Below, one piece after another: positions 14,474 through 26,800 of a DNA stretch of 64,000 nt. Source of the DNA: Eledone cirrhosa (taxonomy: Eukaryota); contig OZ024743.1 of NCBI GenBank assembly GCA_964016885.1, positions 376,960,001-377,024,000 on the forward strand. The letters are read 5' to 3'. Each line of letters opens with the position of its first letter. Positions within the stretch are counted from its first letter, which is position 1. Under the pieces are notes generated by a model that was not told the DNA's origin, made no database searches, and saw only the letters and a program-made list of their open reading frames with translations. Made by a program: the position numbers and the translations under genes.

Positions 14474-15433
14474 CGTGTGAGTGGAGGGCATTGTTTTTAG
14501 ACGAAGGTATAAATGGCATGGTTACGAAGATCACTTCGAGGTGACATTTGGGAGACGGGGACTGGGCGGAAGCCTGTTGTGTATATGTGAGGCTAAGAAA
14601 GAGGGCAGAGAAAGAGAGATAGTCCGTCTATGTTTAAGTTTAGTGTTTTATTTTTTGTTTTTGTTTTTTTTCCAGTAACTTAGTAGTGCGCCAACACTGA
14701 AAACAGTAAAATCAGTACTAGATCTGAAAAAATATATATTAGTGAGGCCGATATGATCGACTATATCCCTTCTAGGTCTTGCACCATAGTGGCCGCAGCC
14801 GAATGACAGTAAACTAAAATAAAAGGATATATATGTTTGTTTATATGTTGTTACCTTCCAATTAATGAGTATATATATATATATGGGGGGGGGGGGGTGT
14901 ATGCAACAATATCCCTGAATAGGTGTTAAAATGTATGTGTGTATATATATATATATACATATATTATGTATGTATGATGTATGTATTCAACACCATATGT
15001 CTAGCTATAGATGTAAATATTTATATAAGAATATATATATTTATATATATATATATATGTATGTATGTATATGTGTGTGTGTGAGTGTATATATATACAT
15101 ATATATATATAAGCATCACATGCTAGATAGTACTAACATATCTTCCTTATATACACCCCTTCATTTCACACGCTTGTGTTTAAAATAACTATACGAACAA
15201 TTCTAGTGTATGTCGAATCAGCGTCTCTTACATACACATACATACATACACACATACACACGCATACATATATATATATATATTTAAGCAAGTAGGAACA
15301 TACATGTTTACACATATATCTACACACACACGCGCACACACTTAAACAAATGTATTATGTTGAAAACATAATGATTCAAAACTTTGTGCATATACGTATA
15401 TATATATATGTGTGTGTGTGTATATATATATAT

Positions 15434-15513
<80 letters not shown>

Positions 15514-15757
15514 GTACCCATATATTATATATGTAAAAAAATAAAATAAAATAAAATAAATAACATACCAAGAAAAATTACAATAAGATTACTACATTAT
15601 AGACACGTAGTTTTGTTGCATGCAGCATCATTCAATGAGTATATATATATACATATATACATACATATATATATATATATACACACACATGCGTGAATAT
15701 ATACACGTATTCATACACACACACATATATATGTATAATATATATATATATATATAA

Positions 15758-15825
<68 letters not shown>

Positions 15826-16028
15826 TATATATAAAATAAAAAATAAAATAAATACGTCAAATATTTAAAATTTGGCTTCGTTTATTACTGCTCCAATCTG
15901 AATACTGAGGTGTCGGTAAACAACCAACATATACTAAAAAAAAATATATATATATATACGGATATGAATATATATAAATATAAATATGTATATATACAAA
16001 TATATATGTATATATATCTGTGCATATG

Positions 16029-16177
<149 letters not shown>

Positions 16178-16422
16178 GCATTCAACAACGGGATTCTTCT
16201 TCCATCTTTATTTTTTGTTGTTTTTTTTTAATATTTAGATAAATAAAAAAAAAAACATTATCATCAGCTTCGAATGAAATCACAATACTGTTTGAACATT
16301 TGAAAAAACTTTAAATTATTTCAACAATAACAACAACTAAAGAAACAACATACAAGGAGTTTTTAAAAAATCAGAAAAAAAAATGAAATATATATACCTC
16401 CCTCTCCAAAGAAATGAAAGAA

Positions 16423-16479
<57 letters not shown>

Positions 16480-17039
16480 TACTACGAGAGAATTACCAAA
16501 ATTATTTCCTGATGAGTAAAAGAACTTTTCAAAAAATAACAAAATGGACGAAGATTTTGGAAATCAATTCAACATATGTTAATATTTCAGTAAAAACCGA
16601 AAAAAAGAAAAAAGTTTTTAAAAATTGAAGTCCCGCCTCGAACTGATTTCACAACCTTATGTAAGTAAACTTAACCATGGAAACAAACAGAACACAAATA
16701 TACTTGACACGGTTAGTTGGATGTGTGAGGAATTGAAAACTCGACCCGTTAGTCTCCAGTGACTATCCTATCACTTTCACCTTATTCAAAATACACTCAA
16801 TTGAAATGCCGTAAAAGAAGAGCTTCTATGACTGTAGAATTCTTACCGTTTATGTTTTTGGTTTCAAATCCCAGGTTTTATTCTAAATATTATTTCCATA
16901 GTAACAAATGTATTAATTTTTCTGTTAAATAACTAATCTATTCTAGGTCACTAAATCCATATGTACATTATATTGCATACGTGCATGTGTATGTGTATAT
17001 ATATATATAATATATATACATATATATGTATATAATATA

Positions 17040-17100
<61 letters not shown>

Positions 17101-17266
17101 GTGTGTGTGTGTGTGTATATATATAAGAGTGAAAGATACTTCGCTTAACTCATGGCACATTCGTACACAAGTAGATATAGTATCAATTCTCTCTCTATAT
17201 ATATCTATGTGTAAATACATACTCGTATATACAAACGTATATAGAGAGATTAAATGTGTGTGCATA

Positions 17267-17386
<120 letters not shown>

Positions 17387-17398
17387 TATGTGTGTATG

Positions 17399-17451
<53 letters not shown>

Positions 17452-17871
17452 TATATATTTATATATACATATATACATATATATATATAATTACACATAT
17501 ATGACTATATGAATATATATATGTGTGTATATATATATGTATATTATACCAATATATATATATATATATAATGAGTGTGTATGTATGTGTGAGTGTTTGT
17601 GTGCATGTATGTATATTGTTGTTATGAGAGAATAATAACATTTACCAAGTTTACTCTATAGAGTCTTTTTCTCCAGAACAAAGAAAAAAATACATTATTC
17701 AGTCTATAATTTTAAATATGTATTTCCAAAATTTTCAAAACCATATTGATAAGAATAAAATTCCAATACATATCGGCTAATATAGTTTGTTGTTTCTAAT
17801 GTGTGTTAACATTATCATTGATCTCATTTCCAGCAGTGTGTATGTGTGTGTAAGGTGACACTGTATTTATG

Positions 17872-17982
<111 letters not shown>

Positions 17983-18506
17983 GTTCACAGACACATACTA
18001 CTCACATACACACACATGCACATACACATACCACACACACATACACGAACTTACACACGCATCACACACATACACATGCACATACACACACACACAAAAC
18101 AAATATATATATATACATATTTTTTATATATATATATTTATAGTTATATAATAAACAACATAAGGCAATTATTTCATTTACCAGTGGTTTCTTAAAAGCA
18201 AAAAATTTTGCTTTCAATCATCAGAATGAAAAAATCCTGGCGTATTTATTGACATTTATTGACATATGTATTTATATACATATATATATTTATATTGTTA
18301 TATTTGGGGAGGGTCATATTTGCGTAATATTGCCAGAATTAATAACAGAACACACTCACTGTTTGGTTGGTTTTCGCTTCTCGCTGTCTTTTATATATAT
18401 ATATCTGCGATCTAACTTACTCGGTCCTCAATGTTGCCATTGACTGACCGGCGGTCAAAAATAATACAGATACAATATAGACAAACACATATATATATAG
18501 TTTACA

Positions 18507-18540
18507 TAAATCTTTCGTTGCACATCTGCAACATCGTCAG
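18507..18540 (-). ncRNA. Mirror copy of the hammerhead-like motif in the left PLE arm
   Basis: Reverse complement of 23777-23810. Confidence 0.65.
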
Positions 18541-18820
18541 TGGTGTTATATTCATTGTTCCTCCTGTTGTGTTGTATGTCTACGCCATTTTTTTTTTTGT
18601 TCAGTCTGTCTATATATTTATTTATTTATTTGCTTGTTTGTTTATCTTATTTTATTTTGTCTTCTTTGCGCATGCGTTTGCGTGTGTGTATAGTGTTATG
18701 TGTGATGTGTGATGTGTGACTAGTGTGTATAGTGTTGTCTGCTGGGTGACTAGTGTGTGTTTATGTGCTTGTGTATGTATTTATTTATCTTATTTTATTT
18801 AATTTAATTTACTTATTTAT

Positions 18821-21622
18821 TTATACTTCTCTTAGGTCAGTGTTGTTTGTTTGGGTGTTGTTGTTGTTCCACTCATTCTTTCTGTTTAGCTTTGGTCTTC
18901 TAATTTCTATTTCACTGGCCTCTCTGATTTGCCTATCTGCTGGGTCATTCCTATGTTTAGATATTATTCTAATTTCTATGTTGTCTATGTTACCGTCATG
19001 ATGTTGTCTAGCATGTTCGTATAGTACTGACCCGTTTTTTCGTCCTTTTAGTTCCCCCCAGTGTTGGTCTATCCTTTCACCTATGCTACGAGCTGTCTCA
19101 CCTATGTATGTTGTTGTCGTGTTTCTGCAAGTACCCTCTGTACATCTTATGCTATAGACTACGTTTCTAGTTTTACAGTTTATCCGGGGGTTCACCTTAC
19201 ATATGATACATTTCCTATTGGTACAGTGGGTTTTCTTAAAAGGGTAGGTTTTGCTGATCAGGGATTTTATGGTGGTTCCTGGCTTTTCTACCACCTTTAT
19301 TTTTAAGTGGGTCTTTCTCAGGGCCTTTCTACACTGGTTAGCTAATTTCCCTCCAGGGGTGGCGTCCACAAACATGACACTCTGATATCTCTGGTTGTCG
19401 TACCATGATGTGGCCTTCCCTATCTTATGTCTAGCCCTATCTAAGCTATTCCATGATTTGCTCCTGTATAGTGGGCAAATTCCTTTCATGTCCAGTTCTA
19501 TGAGGGTCTTATACTTTTCCATGGCTCCTTCGTATACTCTGACTCTGTCTCTTTGGTTGTAGCCAGAGAACTGCATGCGGTTGATGAAGTGTTGGATGTG
19601 TCCTTCCATTTCTGTTGGGTCGCACATGCTGGACACATTCTTCATCACTCGTACCAAATCTGCGATCAGAATATTAAACTTAGCACTACTGGACATTGCT
19701 GAGTTTTTGAGTATCAGGTATTTGGAGGCCATGGGTTTAGCATAGTGTGAGTGGAGAATTTGGGCTCTCTCGTCTATAGTGTTAATCCAGAGTTCTGTGT
19801 CTAATACAGGTAGTCTATTGTTAGGGTGTTTGGAAGGGAAGTCTATAGTTACAGTTATACTCTGGTGTATGGAATTAGCTATCTGCTGGATGCTTTCCAT
19901 CGTGCTACGTTCTAAATCAAACTTGTTAGTGCTCTCTAGTGGGGGTGTTCTTATAACTATATTGATATCGTCTACATAACGAGAGTACATGATGAGGTCT
20001 ATGGAGCTTTCATTAAGGAGATCTTTAAGTCTCCTTTCCCACCATACCATGAAAAGGTTGGCAACATCGCCAGCTATGCTGACGCCGATGGCTGCTCCCT
20101 CATTTTGGGTGTAGATTTTCTCATTGAACTTAAATATGTGGCCCTTTAGGGTAGTTTTGATACTAGCCCCTATTGCATGTGCGACCATTTTTCTTACCTG
20201 ATCAGTGTTTTGGGGGGTCCGTATAGCTTTGGTCCACCCAATCCACCTTCCTATGGGAGTCTTTTTAGCCATTGAGGTTATGGTGGGGGGTCTACCTCTT
20301 ATAGGTCTACTAGGGCAGAAACATCTAAGGTCATGGCTGTCTAGGTAGTCAGTGTCGTAGGTAAGTCTAAGTAGGAGGCCCAGTTCGTCTGTGTCGACGT
20401 CGCAGAACTCCACCTCACTCTCAATGATCATCTCCACACATCTTTTCACAGCAAAATCAATGTTAATGGATGGGTACAGTGACACCACATCCATGCTGCC
20501 TATTATGCAGTTGGATAGGCTCCTGTTTTTGTTGCACTCACTGATTCTGCTGAGGAGGTCCTCTGTACTTTCACATACATCTGGGGACATCTTGATTATG
20601 GGGCGTATAACCATTGAGAGGAAGTAGGAGATCCTGTAGTTGCTAGCTATATTAGCTCCGCATACAGGTCTTGTTGGTGGTCCTATTGTCGGGTCGTCGA
20701 CTGTCTTGTGGTCTTTGCGGAGCCCATACAAGGGTGGTATGCCATTGTTAGACGCCTGGAAGTTGTTGGCAGTGCGTCTGCTTGGCTTTAGGATGTCAGT
20801 CCACATCATCATGTGAGCGTTGAGGATTTTTTCTCTCCCATCGTGTGTTAGTTGTGCAACTTCGCTCGTGTTGGTGATGTGGGGTTGCATTGCCTCGATG
20901 TAGTTCGGCATGCTATCTATTGACATCCTACCAGACTTATCTGTGGGTAGACACACTACCTCACCATCCCTTGTGCGCTGCTTGAGGCTAACCAAGCCTT
21001 CTACAGGTTTTATCCCAAGTTGTTGGGCCTCTGGTCTGCTCTGTCTCATAGTGTACCTGTCTACTACTTGTCTAATCTTATTTCTAGCTATGGTGAACTG
21101 TGCCTCCGTCTCGTCATCTATTTGTTGTGGTATGCAAACTCTTTTATTAAAGGGTAACCTCGTAGGATAGATATTACCCATCTTATATGTTTTGTCAGCT
21201 GGGTTGAAAAATAGTTTCTCTAAGGGGTTGTCGTTATTTCTATCGTCATAGTTGTGTGTGTTGCTATTATTGTTATCATGGTGGTTGTTGTTGTTTCTAT
21301 CCTTAGCATTAATATTATTATTGTTATGATTGCTAGATGTATTGTTGTTTACTTCACCGTTATTGTTGTTGTTACTGCTATTTCTACCATTGTGGTTGTT
21401 ACTATTATTATGTTTCTTGTTTTTGTTGATGTTGCTACATGTACTATTTCCATTATTACCACTGTGGTTATTGTTGTTGTTGTTGTTCGTATTGTTACCG
21501 TTATTACTACTGTGGTCACTGTTGCTGTGTCTGTGGTTAACGTTTCTATTATTATTATTATTGTGGTTGTTGTTGTTCTGTCTATCGCTAGTATTATTAC
21601 CATTATCACTATTTCTCACTTT
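18821..21622 (-). CDS. PLE polyprotein, 5'-truncated but uninterrupted (933 aa plus stop): Asn-rich region, RT, Cys linker, GIY-YIG endonuclease
   Basis: Motifs PTDKSG, LYGLRKDHK, PTRPV, SMDVVSLYPSI, QNEGAAIG, YSRYVDD, LPVLD, CxxxxCxxC linker, NVVY...YIGET...R...H. The track start at 21676 lies in the other arm and is an artefact. Confidence 0.93.
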   Translation of the reverse strand, partial: KVRNSDNGNNTSDRQNNNNHNNNNNRNVNHRHSNSDHSSNNGNNTNNNNNNNHSGNNGNSTCSNINKNKKHNNSNNHNGRNSSNNNNNGEVNNNTSSNHNNNNINAKDRNNNNHHDNNNSNTHNYDDRNNDNPLEKLFFNPADKTYKMGNIYPTRLPFNKRVCIPQQIDDETEAQFTIARNKIRQVVDRYTMRQSRPEAQQLGIKPVEGLVSLKQRTRDGEVVCLPTDKSGRMSIDSMPNYIEAMQPHITNTSEVAQLTHDGREKILNAHMMMWTDILKPSRRTANNFQASNNGIPPLYGLRKDHKTVDDPTIGPPTRPVCGANIASNYRISYFLSMVIRPIIKMSPDVCESTEDLLSRISECNKNRSLSNCIIGSMDVVSLYPSINIDFAVKRCVEMIIESEVEFCDVDTDELGLLLRLTYDTDYLDSHDLRCFCPSRPIRGRPPTITSMAKKTPIGRWIGWTKAIRTPQNTDQVRKMVAHAIGASIKTTLKGHIFKFNEKIYTQNEGAAIGVSIAGDVANLFMVWWERRLKDLLNESSIDLIMYSRYVDDINIVIRTPPLESTNKFDLERSTMESIQQIANSIHQSITVTIDFPSKHPNNRLPVLDTELWINTIDERAQILHSHYAKPMASKYLILKNSAMSSSAKFNILIADLVRVMKNVSSMCDPTEMEGHIQHFINRMQFSGYNQRDRVRVYEGAMEKYKTLIELDMKGICPLYRSKSWNSLDRARHKIGKATSWYDNQRYQSVMFVDATPGGKLANQCRKALRKTHLKIKVVEKPGTTIKSLISKTYPFKKTHCTNRKCIICKVNPRINCKTRNVVYSIRCTEGTCRNTTTTYIGETARSIGERIDQHWGELKGRKNGSVLYEHARQHHDGNIDNIEIRIISKHRNDPADRQIREASEIEIRRPKLNRKNEWNNNNTQTNNTDLREV

Positions 21623-21623
21623 C

Positions 21624-23495
21624 CCGACAATAGGACCACCAACAAGACCTGTATGCGGAGCTAATATAGCTAGCAACTACAGGATCTCCTACTTCCTCTC
21701 AATGGTTATACGCCCCATAATCAAGATGTCCCCAGATGTATGTGAAAGTACAGAGGACCTCCTCAGCAGAATCAGTGAGTGCAACAAAAACAGGAGCCTA
21801 TCCAACTGCATAATAGGCAGCATGGATGTGGTGTCACTGTACCCATCCATTAACATTGATTTTGCTGTGAAAAGATGTGTGGAGATGATCATTGAGAGTG
21901 AGGTGGAGTTCTGCGACGTCGACACAGACGAACTGGGCCTCCTACTTAGACTTACCTACGACACTGACTACCTAGACAGCCATGACCTTAGATGTTTCTG
22001 CCCTAGTAGACCTATAAGAGGTAGACCCCCCACCATAACCTCAATGGCTAAAAAGACTCCCATAGGAAGGTGGATTGGGTGGACCAAAGCTATACGGACC
22101 CCCCAAAACACTGATCAGGTAAGAAAAATGGTCGCACATGCAATAGGGGCTAGTATCAAAACTACCCTAAAGGGCCACATATTTAAGTTCAATGAGAAAA
22201 TCTACACCCAAAATGAGGGAGCAGCCATCGGCGTCAGCATAGCTGGCGATGTTGCCAACCTTTTCATGGTATGGTGGGAAAGGAGACTTAAAGATCTCCT
22301 TAATGAAAGCTCCATAGACCTCATCATGTACTCTCGTTATGTAGACGATATCAATATAGTTATAAGAACACCCCCACTAGAGAGCACTAACAAGTTTGAT
22401 TTAGAACGTAGCACGATGGAAAGCATCCAGCAGATAGCTAATTCCATACACCAGAGTATAACTGTAACTATAGACTTCCCTTCCAAACACCCTAACAATA
22501 GACTACCTGTATTAGACACAGAACTCTGGATTAACACTATAGACGAGAGAGCCCAAATTCTCCACTCACACTATGCTAAACCCATGGCCTCCAAATACCT
22601 GATACTCAAAAACTCAGCAATGTCCAGTAGTGCTAAGTTTAATATTCTGATCGCAGATTTGGTACGAGTGATGAAGAATGTGTCCAGCATGTGCGACCCA
22701 ACAGAAATGGAAGGACACATCCAACACTTCATCAACCGCATGCAGTTCTCTGGCTACAACCAAAGAGACAGAGTCAGAGTATACGAAGGAGCCATGGAAA
22801 AGTATAAGACCCTCATAGAACTGGACATGAAAGGAATTTGCCCACTATACAGGAGCAAATCATGGAATAGCTTAGATAGGGCTAGACATAAGATAGGGAA
22901 GGCCACATCATGGTACGACAACCAGAGATATCAGAGTGTCATGTTTGTGGACGCCACCCCTGGAGGGAAATTAGCTAACCAGTGTAGAAAGGCCCTGAGA
23001 AAGACCCACTTAAAAATAAAGGTGGTAGAAAAGCCAGGAACCACCATAAAATCCCTGATCAGCAAAACCTACCCTTTTAAGAAAACCCACTGTACCAATA
23101 GGAAATGTATCATATGTAAGGTGAACCCCCGGATAAACTGTAAAACTAGAAACGTAGTCTATAGCATAAGATGTACAGAGGGTACTTGCAGAAACACGAC
23201 AACAACATACATAGGTGAGACAGCTCGTAGCATAGGTGAAAGGATAGACCAACACTGGGGGGAACTAAAAGGACGAAAAAACGGGTCAGTACTATACGAA
23301 CATGCTAGACAACATCATGACGGTAACATAGACAACATAGAAATTAGAATAATATCTAAACATAGGAATGACCCAGCAGATAGGCAAATCAGAGAGGCCA
23401 GTGAAATAGAAATTAGAAGACCAAAGCTAAACAGAAAGAATGAGTGGAACAACAACAACACCCAAACAAACAACACTGACCTAAGAGAAGTATAA
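21624..23495 (+). pseudogene. Second, more 5'-truncated PLE ORF copy (starts at PTIGPPTRPV; RT core + GIY-YIG)
   Basis: Translation identical to the C-terminal ~623 aa of the minus-strand copy; no native start codon. Confidence 0.9.
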
Positions 23496-23776
23496 ATAAA
23501 TAAGTAAATTAAATTAAATAAAATAAGATAAATAAATACATACACAAGCACATAAACACACACTAGTCACCCAGCAGACAACACTATACACACTAGTCAC
23601 ACATCACACATCACACATAACACTATACACACACGCAAACGCATGCGCAAAGAAGACAAAATAAAATAAGATAAACAAACAAGCAAATAAATAAATAAAT
23701 ATATAGACAGACTGAACATAAAAAAAAAATGGCGTAGACATACAACACAACAGGAGGAACAATGAATATAACACCA

Positions 23777-23810
23777 CTGACGATGTTGCAGATGTGCAAC
23801 GAAAGATTTA
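23777..23810 (+). ncRNA. Minimal hammerhead ribozyme-like motif in the PLE 3' region
   Basis: CTGACGA-t-GTTGCA(gatg)TGCAAC-GAAA-gattta: both core boxes and a perfect 6-bp stem II. Stem III is very short and stem I weak, as in minimal PLE hammerheads. Confidence 0.65.
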
Positions 23811-24132
23811 TGTAAACTATATATATATGTGTTTGTCTATATTGTATCTGTATTATTTTTGACCGCCGGTCAGTCAATGGCAACATTGAGGACCGAGTAA
23901 GTTAGATCGCAGATATATATATATAAAAGACAGCGAGAAGCGAAAACCAACCAAACAGTGAGTGTGTTCTGTTATTAATTCTGGCAATATTACGCAAATA
24001 TGACCCTCCCCAAATATAACAATATCTGTTTCGACACACGATTTCATATAAAAAACCTCGCAAAACTAATTCATCGCCGCTATATATTTATATATATATG
24101 TATATATTTATATATATATGTGTGTGTATATA

Positions 24133-24188
<56 letters not shown>

Positions 24189-24377
24189 TAAAAAGGAAGA
24201 GAAAATGTTGACACATTTTTCCCAGTGAAAAATAGTTTAATTAGGAATAAGTATAAATTAGTAATAAGTATTAGTTAGTATTCAGTTTTAGTTTTAAGTT
24301 TTTACCGGTTGCGCATTTCTTATGCTTTTCAAAAATAATTTTGATGTAGAGTGCACGTGATTTTTGCTCTAATCTGA

Positions 24378-24424
<47 letters not shown>

Positions 24425-24705
24425 TGAAAAAGTATGACTCCGACGGCAGAGCTCAAGCCGTTTCGACGGCTATTTCTGGACTAAATTAGAATTAAATTTT
24501 GACCAATCTTCTTGACAATTACTATCTTCCCATATAAGGAAGTACCCCTTGTTAAGTTTGGCTATTTATTTACCAGGCAAAAAATTCTAATTTAGTCCAG
24601 AAATAGCCGTCGTTTCCTATTACCCACTCTACTACACTAAGTATTGAGTACTTTGGTGCGTTATGGTCCATCTGGTTCCTTACCACAATTCCTTTGTTCC
24701 TTTGT
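24425..24705. mobile_element. Foldback mini-element, family C (longer loop, deletion in the right arm)
   Basis: Same core and tail as 31197-31400 with a different inversion point; between TA tracts. Confidence 0.7.
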
Positions 24706-24750
<45 letters not shown>

Positions 24751-25071
24751 CTGTGTGTGTGTATATGTGTAAGTATATATGTATATATAATTATAAATTT
24801 AAATATATGTATATTTATATATGTATATATGTATATTTATATTATTATTATTAGCTGAGTCGGTAGAGCGTCGGACAAGATACTTTTCAACACAGAGTTA
24901 CGTCCCTTTACTTTCCGAGTTCAAATCCCGCCGTGGTTAGCTTTGCCTGTCATCCTTATGGGGTCAATAAAATAAAGTACCAGTAACGTACTGGCGTTAA
25001 TTTAATGGACGTTCACCTCCCTCAAAAAAATGATTGGCCTTGTACCTAAAGTAGAAATCATTATTATTATC

Positions 25072-25260
25072 GGTGGATTGGCAGTATCGGTAGAGGGTCG
25101 GACACCATGCTTTCAAGCATAGTTACGGCCCTTGCCATTCTGAGTTCAAATCCCGCCGAAGTTAACTTTGCCTTTCATCCTTATGGGGTCGATAAAATAA
25201 AGTACCAGTAATACACTGGATAATTGCTGCCCTTGTGCCAAAGGTAGAAACAATTATTAT
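25072..25260 (+). mobile_element. tRNA-derived SINE, well-preserved copy; a second copy lies immediately upstream at ~24853-25065
   Basis: A-box-like tggcagtatcgg, B-box gagttcaaatccc, central gcctttcatcc...ggggtcgataaaataaagtacc (Nin-domain-like), (ATT)n tail. Confidence 0.85.
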
Positions 25261-25374
25261 TATTTATATTATCATGTATGATAATGCCACACTATCTTTG
25301 CCGCTAGTAAGTCTTTTAAATGAATATATATCACTGCATTATGTATATATATATACATTTATATATACATGATA

Positions 25375-25410
<36 letters not shown>

Positions 25411-25518
25411 TATATATCTCTGTATTATGTATATATAAATGTATATATATATACATAATACAGTGATATATATTCATTTAAAAGACTTTAATTCATATAT
25501 ATATATATATACATATAT

Positions 25519-25712
25519 CACAAAGAAGGTGTGGTAAGATACCAGGTAGACCATAGCGCACCAGGGTACTCAATACTTAAGGTAGTACTGTGGGTAGTAT
25601 GAAAATAGTCAGGGCCCCGACGGCTGACCTCCGGCCGTTTCGACAGCTATATCCAAACGGATTTAGATGTCGAAACGGCGGGAGATCAGACGTCGTGTTC
25701 CTGTCTTTTTTC

Positions 25713-25716
<4 letters not shown>
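25519..25716. mobile_element. Diverged family C foldback element, opposite orientation
   Basis: Tail with gtactcaata, then imperfect inverted arms around gtttcgaca...tgtcgaaac. Confidence 0.6.
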
Positions 25717-25782
<66 letters not shown>

Positions 25783-25785
<3 letters not shown>

Positions 25786-26032
25786 AGCGTTCTAAATAGC
25801 TTGCCAAAGCTATTTAGAACGCTGGTTTAACCGCTTTACTTCTCTCCGAAGAAGAGATATTATCTCGAAAATTAAGGACATTTAAATAAATTTAAGGTAA
25901 AAGACTAATTATCAACAATATCTTTTGCATTTACATTTATATTCTATGTCCATACCTGCATTGTTTTGGCTTTACAAATACAAACGTTTATACCTCATTA
26001 CACAATGCTTCAAGTGAACTATAACTTCCTCC
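25783..26032 (+). mobile_element. TA-flanked mini-element with a short 5' hairpin and a variant hammerhead-like core (25846-25874)
   Basis: Hairpin accagcgttctaaatagctt/aagctatttagaacgctggt, then CCGAAGA-a-GAGAT(att)ATCTC-GAAA-atta. Confidence 0.5.
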
Positions 26033-26072
<40 letters not shown>

Positions 26073-26198
26073 ATAGTAGAACACTGCTGAAGGGTTATAT
26101 CCGTAGTAGTAGAGCACTCAGTCCACGGTACTAGTGAAGATCCGTAAGGTGAAACATTTTTTCTCGGTATGGCGAACTAACTGTTACTACTGATACTA

Positions 26199-26257
<59 letters not shown>

Positions 26258-26351
26258 GAAAGTTTGGTAAAATCTAAGCTTCGGCTGTAGCCAAGCCAAC
26301 GAGATACAATGAGGAATGTGCTGCCAAGCAGTCGATGAGCAATCTCAGAGT

Positions 26352-26543
26352 AATAACTGTTTCTACTTTTGGCACAAGGCAGTAATTATTCCAGTGTATT
26401 ACTGGTACTTTATTTTATCGACCCCGTAAGGATGAAAGGCAAAGTTAACTTCGGCGGGATTTGAACTCAGAATGGCAAGGGCCGTAATTCTATGCGTCAA
26501 AGCATGGCGTCCGGCCCTCTACCGATACTGCCAATCCACCAAC
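26352..26543 (-). mobile_element. Same SINE family, near-identical to 25072-25260, inverted
   Basis: Reverse-complement match over ~190 bp. Confidence 0.85.
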
Positions 26544-26744
26544 ATTCGTTAGACGGCATGACAAATTGAAAACTGTGGCAGGCAGACACCAGCCACGACA
26601 CCGAAGCAACGAGAAAACCAACAGGTTAATAAATAGTTTAATATGTATATATATATATATATATAGTGCACATTTAGACGGGAACAAAACAGAGCGGCAG
26701 ACAAATAAAGGTTTCCCCTTAAATATATATATATATATATATAC

Positions 26745-26800
<56 letters not shown>

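Larger units (their letters stand above)
18292..24025. mobile_element. Penelope-like retroelement (Naiad-like), head-to-head inverted duplication
   Basis: 18292-20693 is the reverse complement of 21623-24025 (2402 vs 2403 bp). The spacer 20694-21622 is further 5' ORF sequence of the left copy. Both 3' ends point outward toward TA-rich flanks. Confidence 0.95.

Noticed and set aside
21330-21623. Poly-Leu, membrane-like N-terminus on the + strand PLE ORF
   Set aside because: It is the antisense reading of the Asn-rich tract of the other copy, fused in frame by chance at the inversion junction.
24425-24705. Hammerhead in family C elements
   Set aside because: Only a GAAAC half is visible; I found no CUGANGA box in the copies present.
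25072-25160. tRNA gene
   Set aside because: A/B boxes are present but there is no cloverleaf; the sequence continues into a repeated SINE body and tail.
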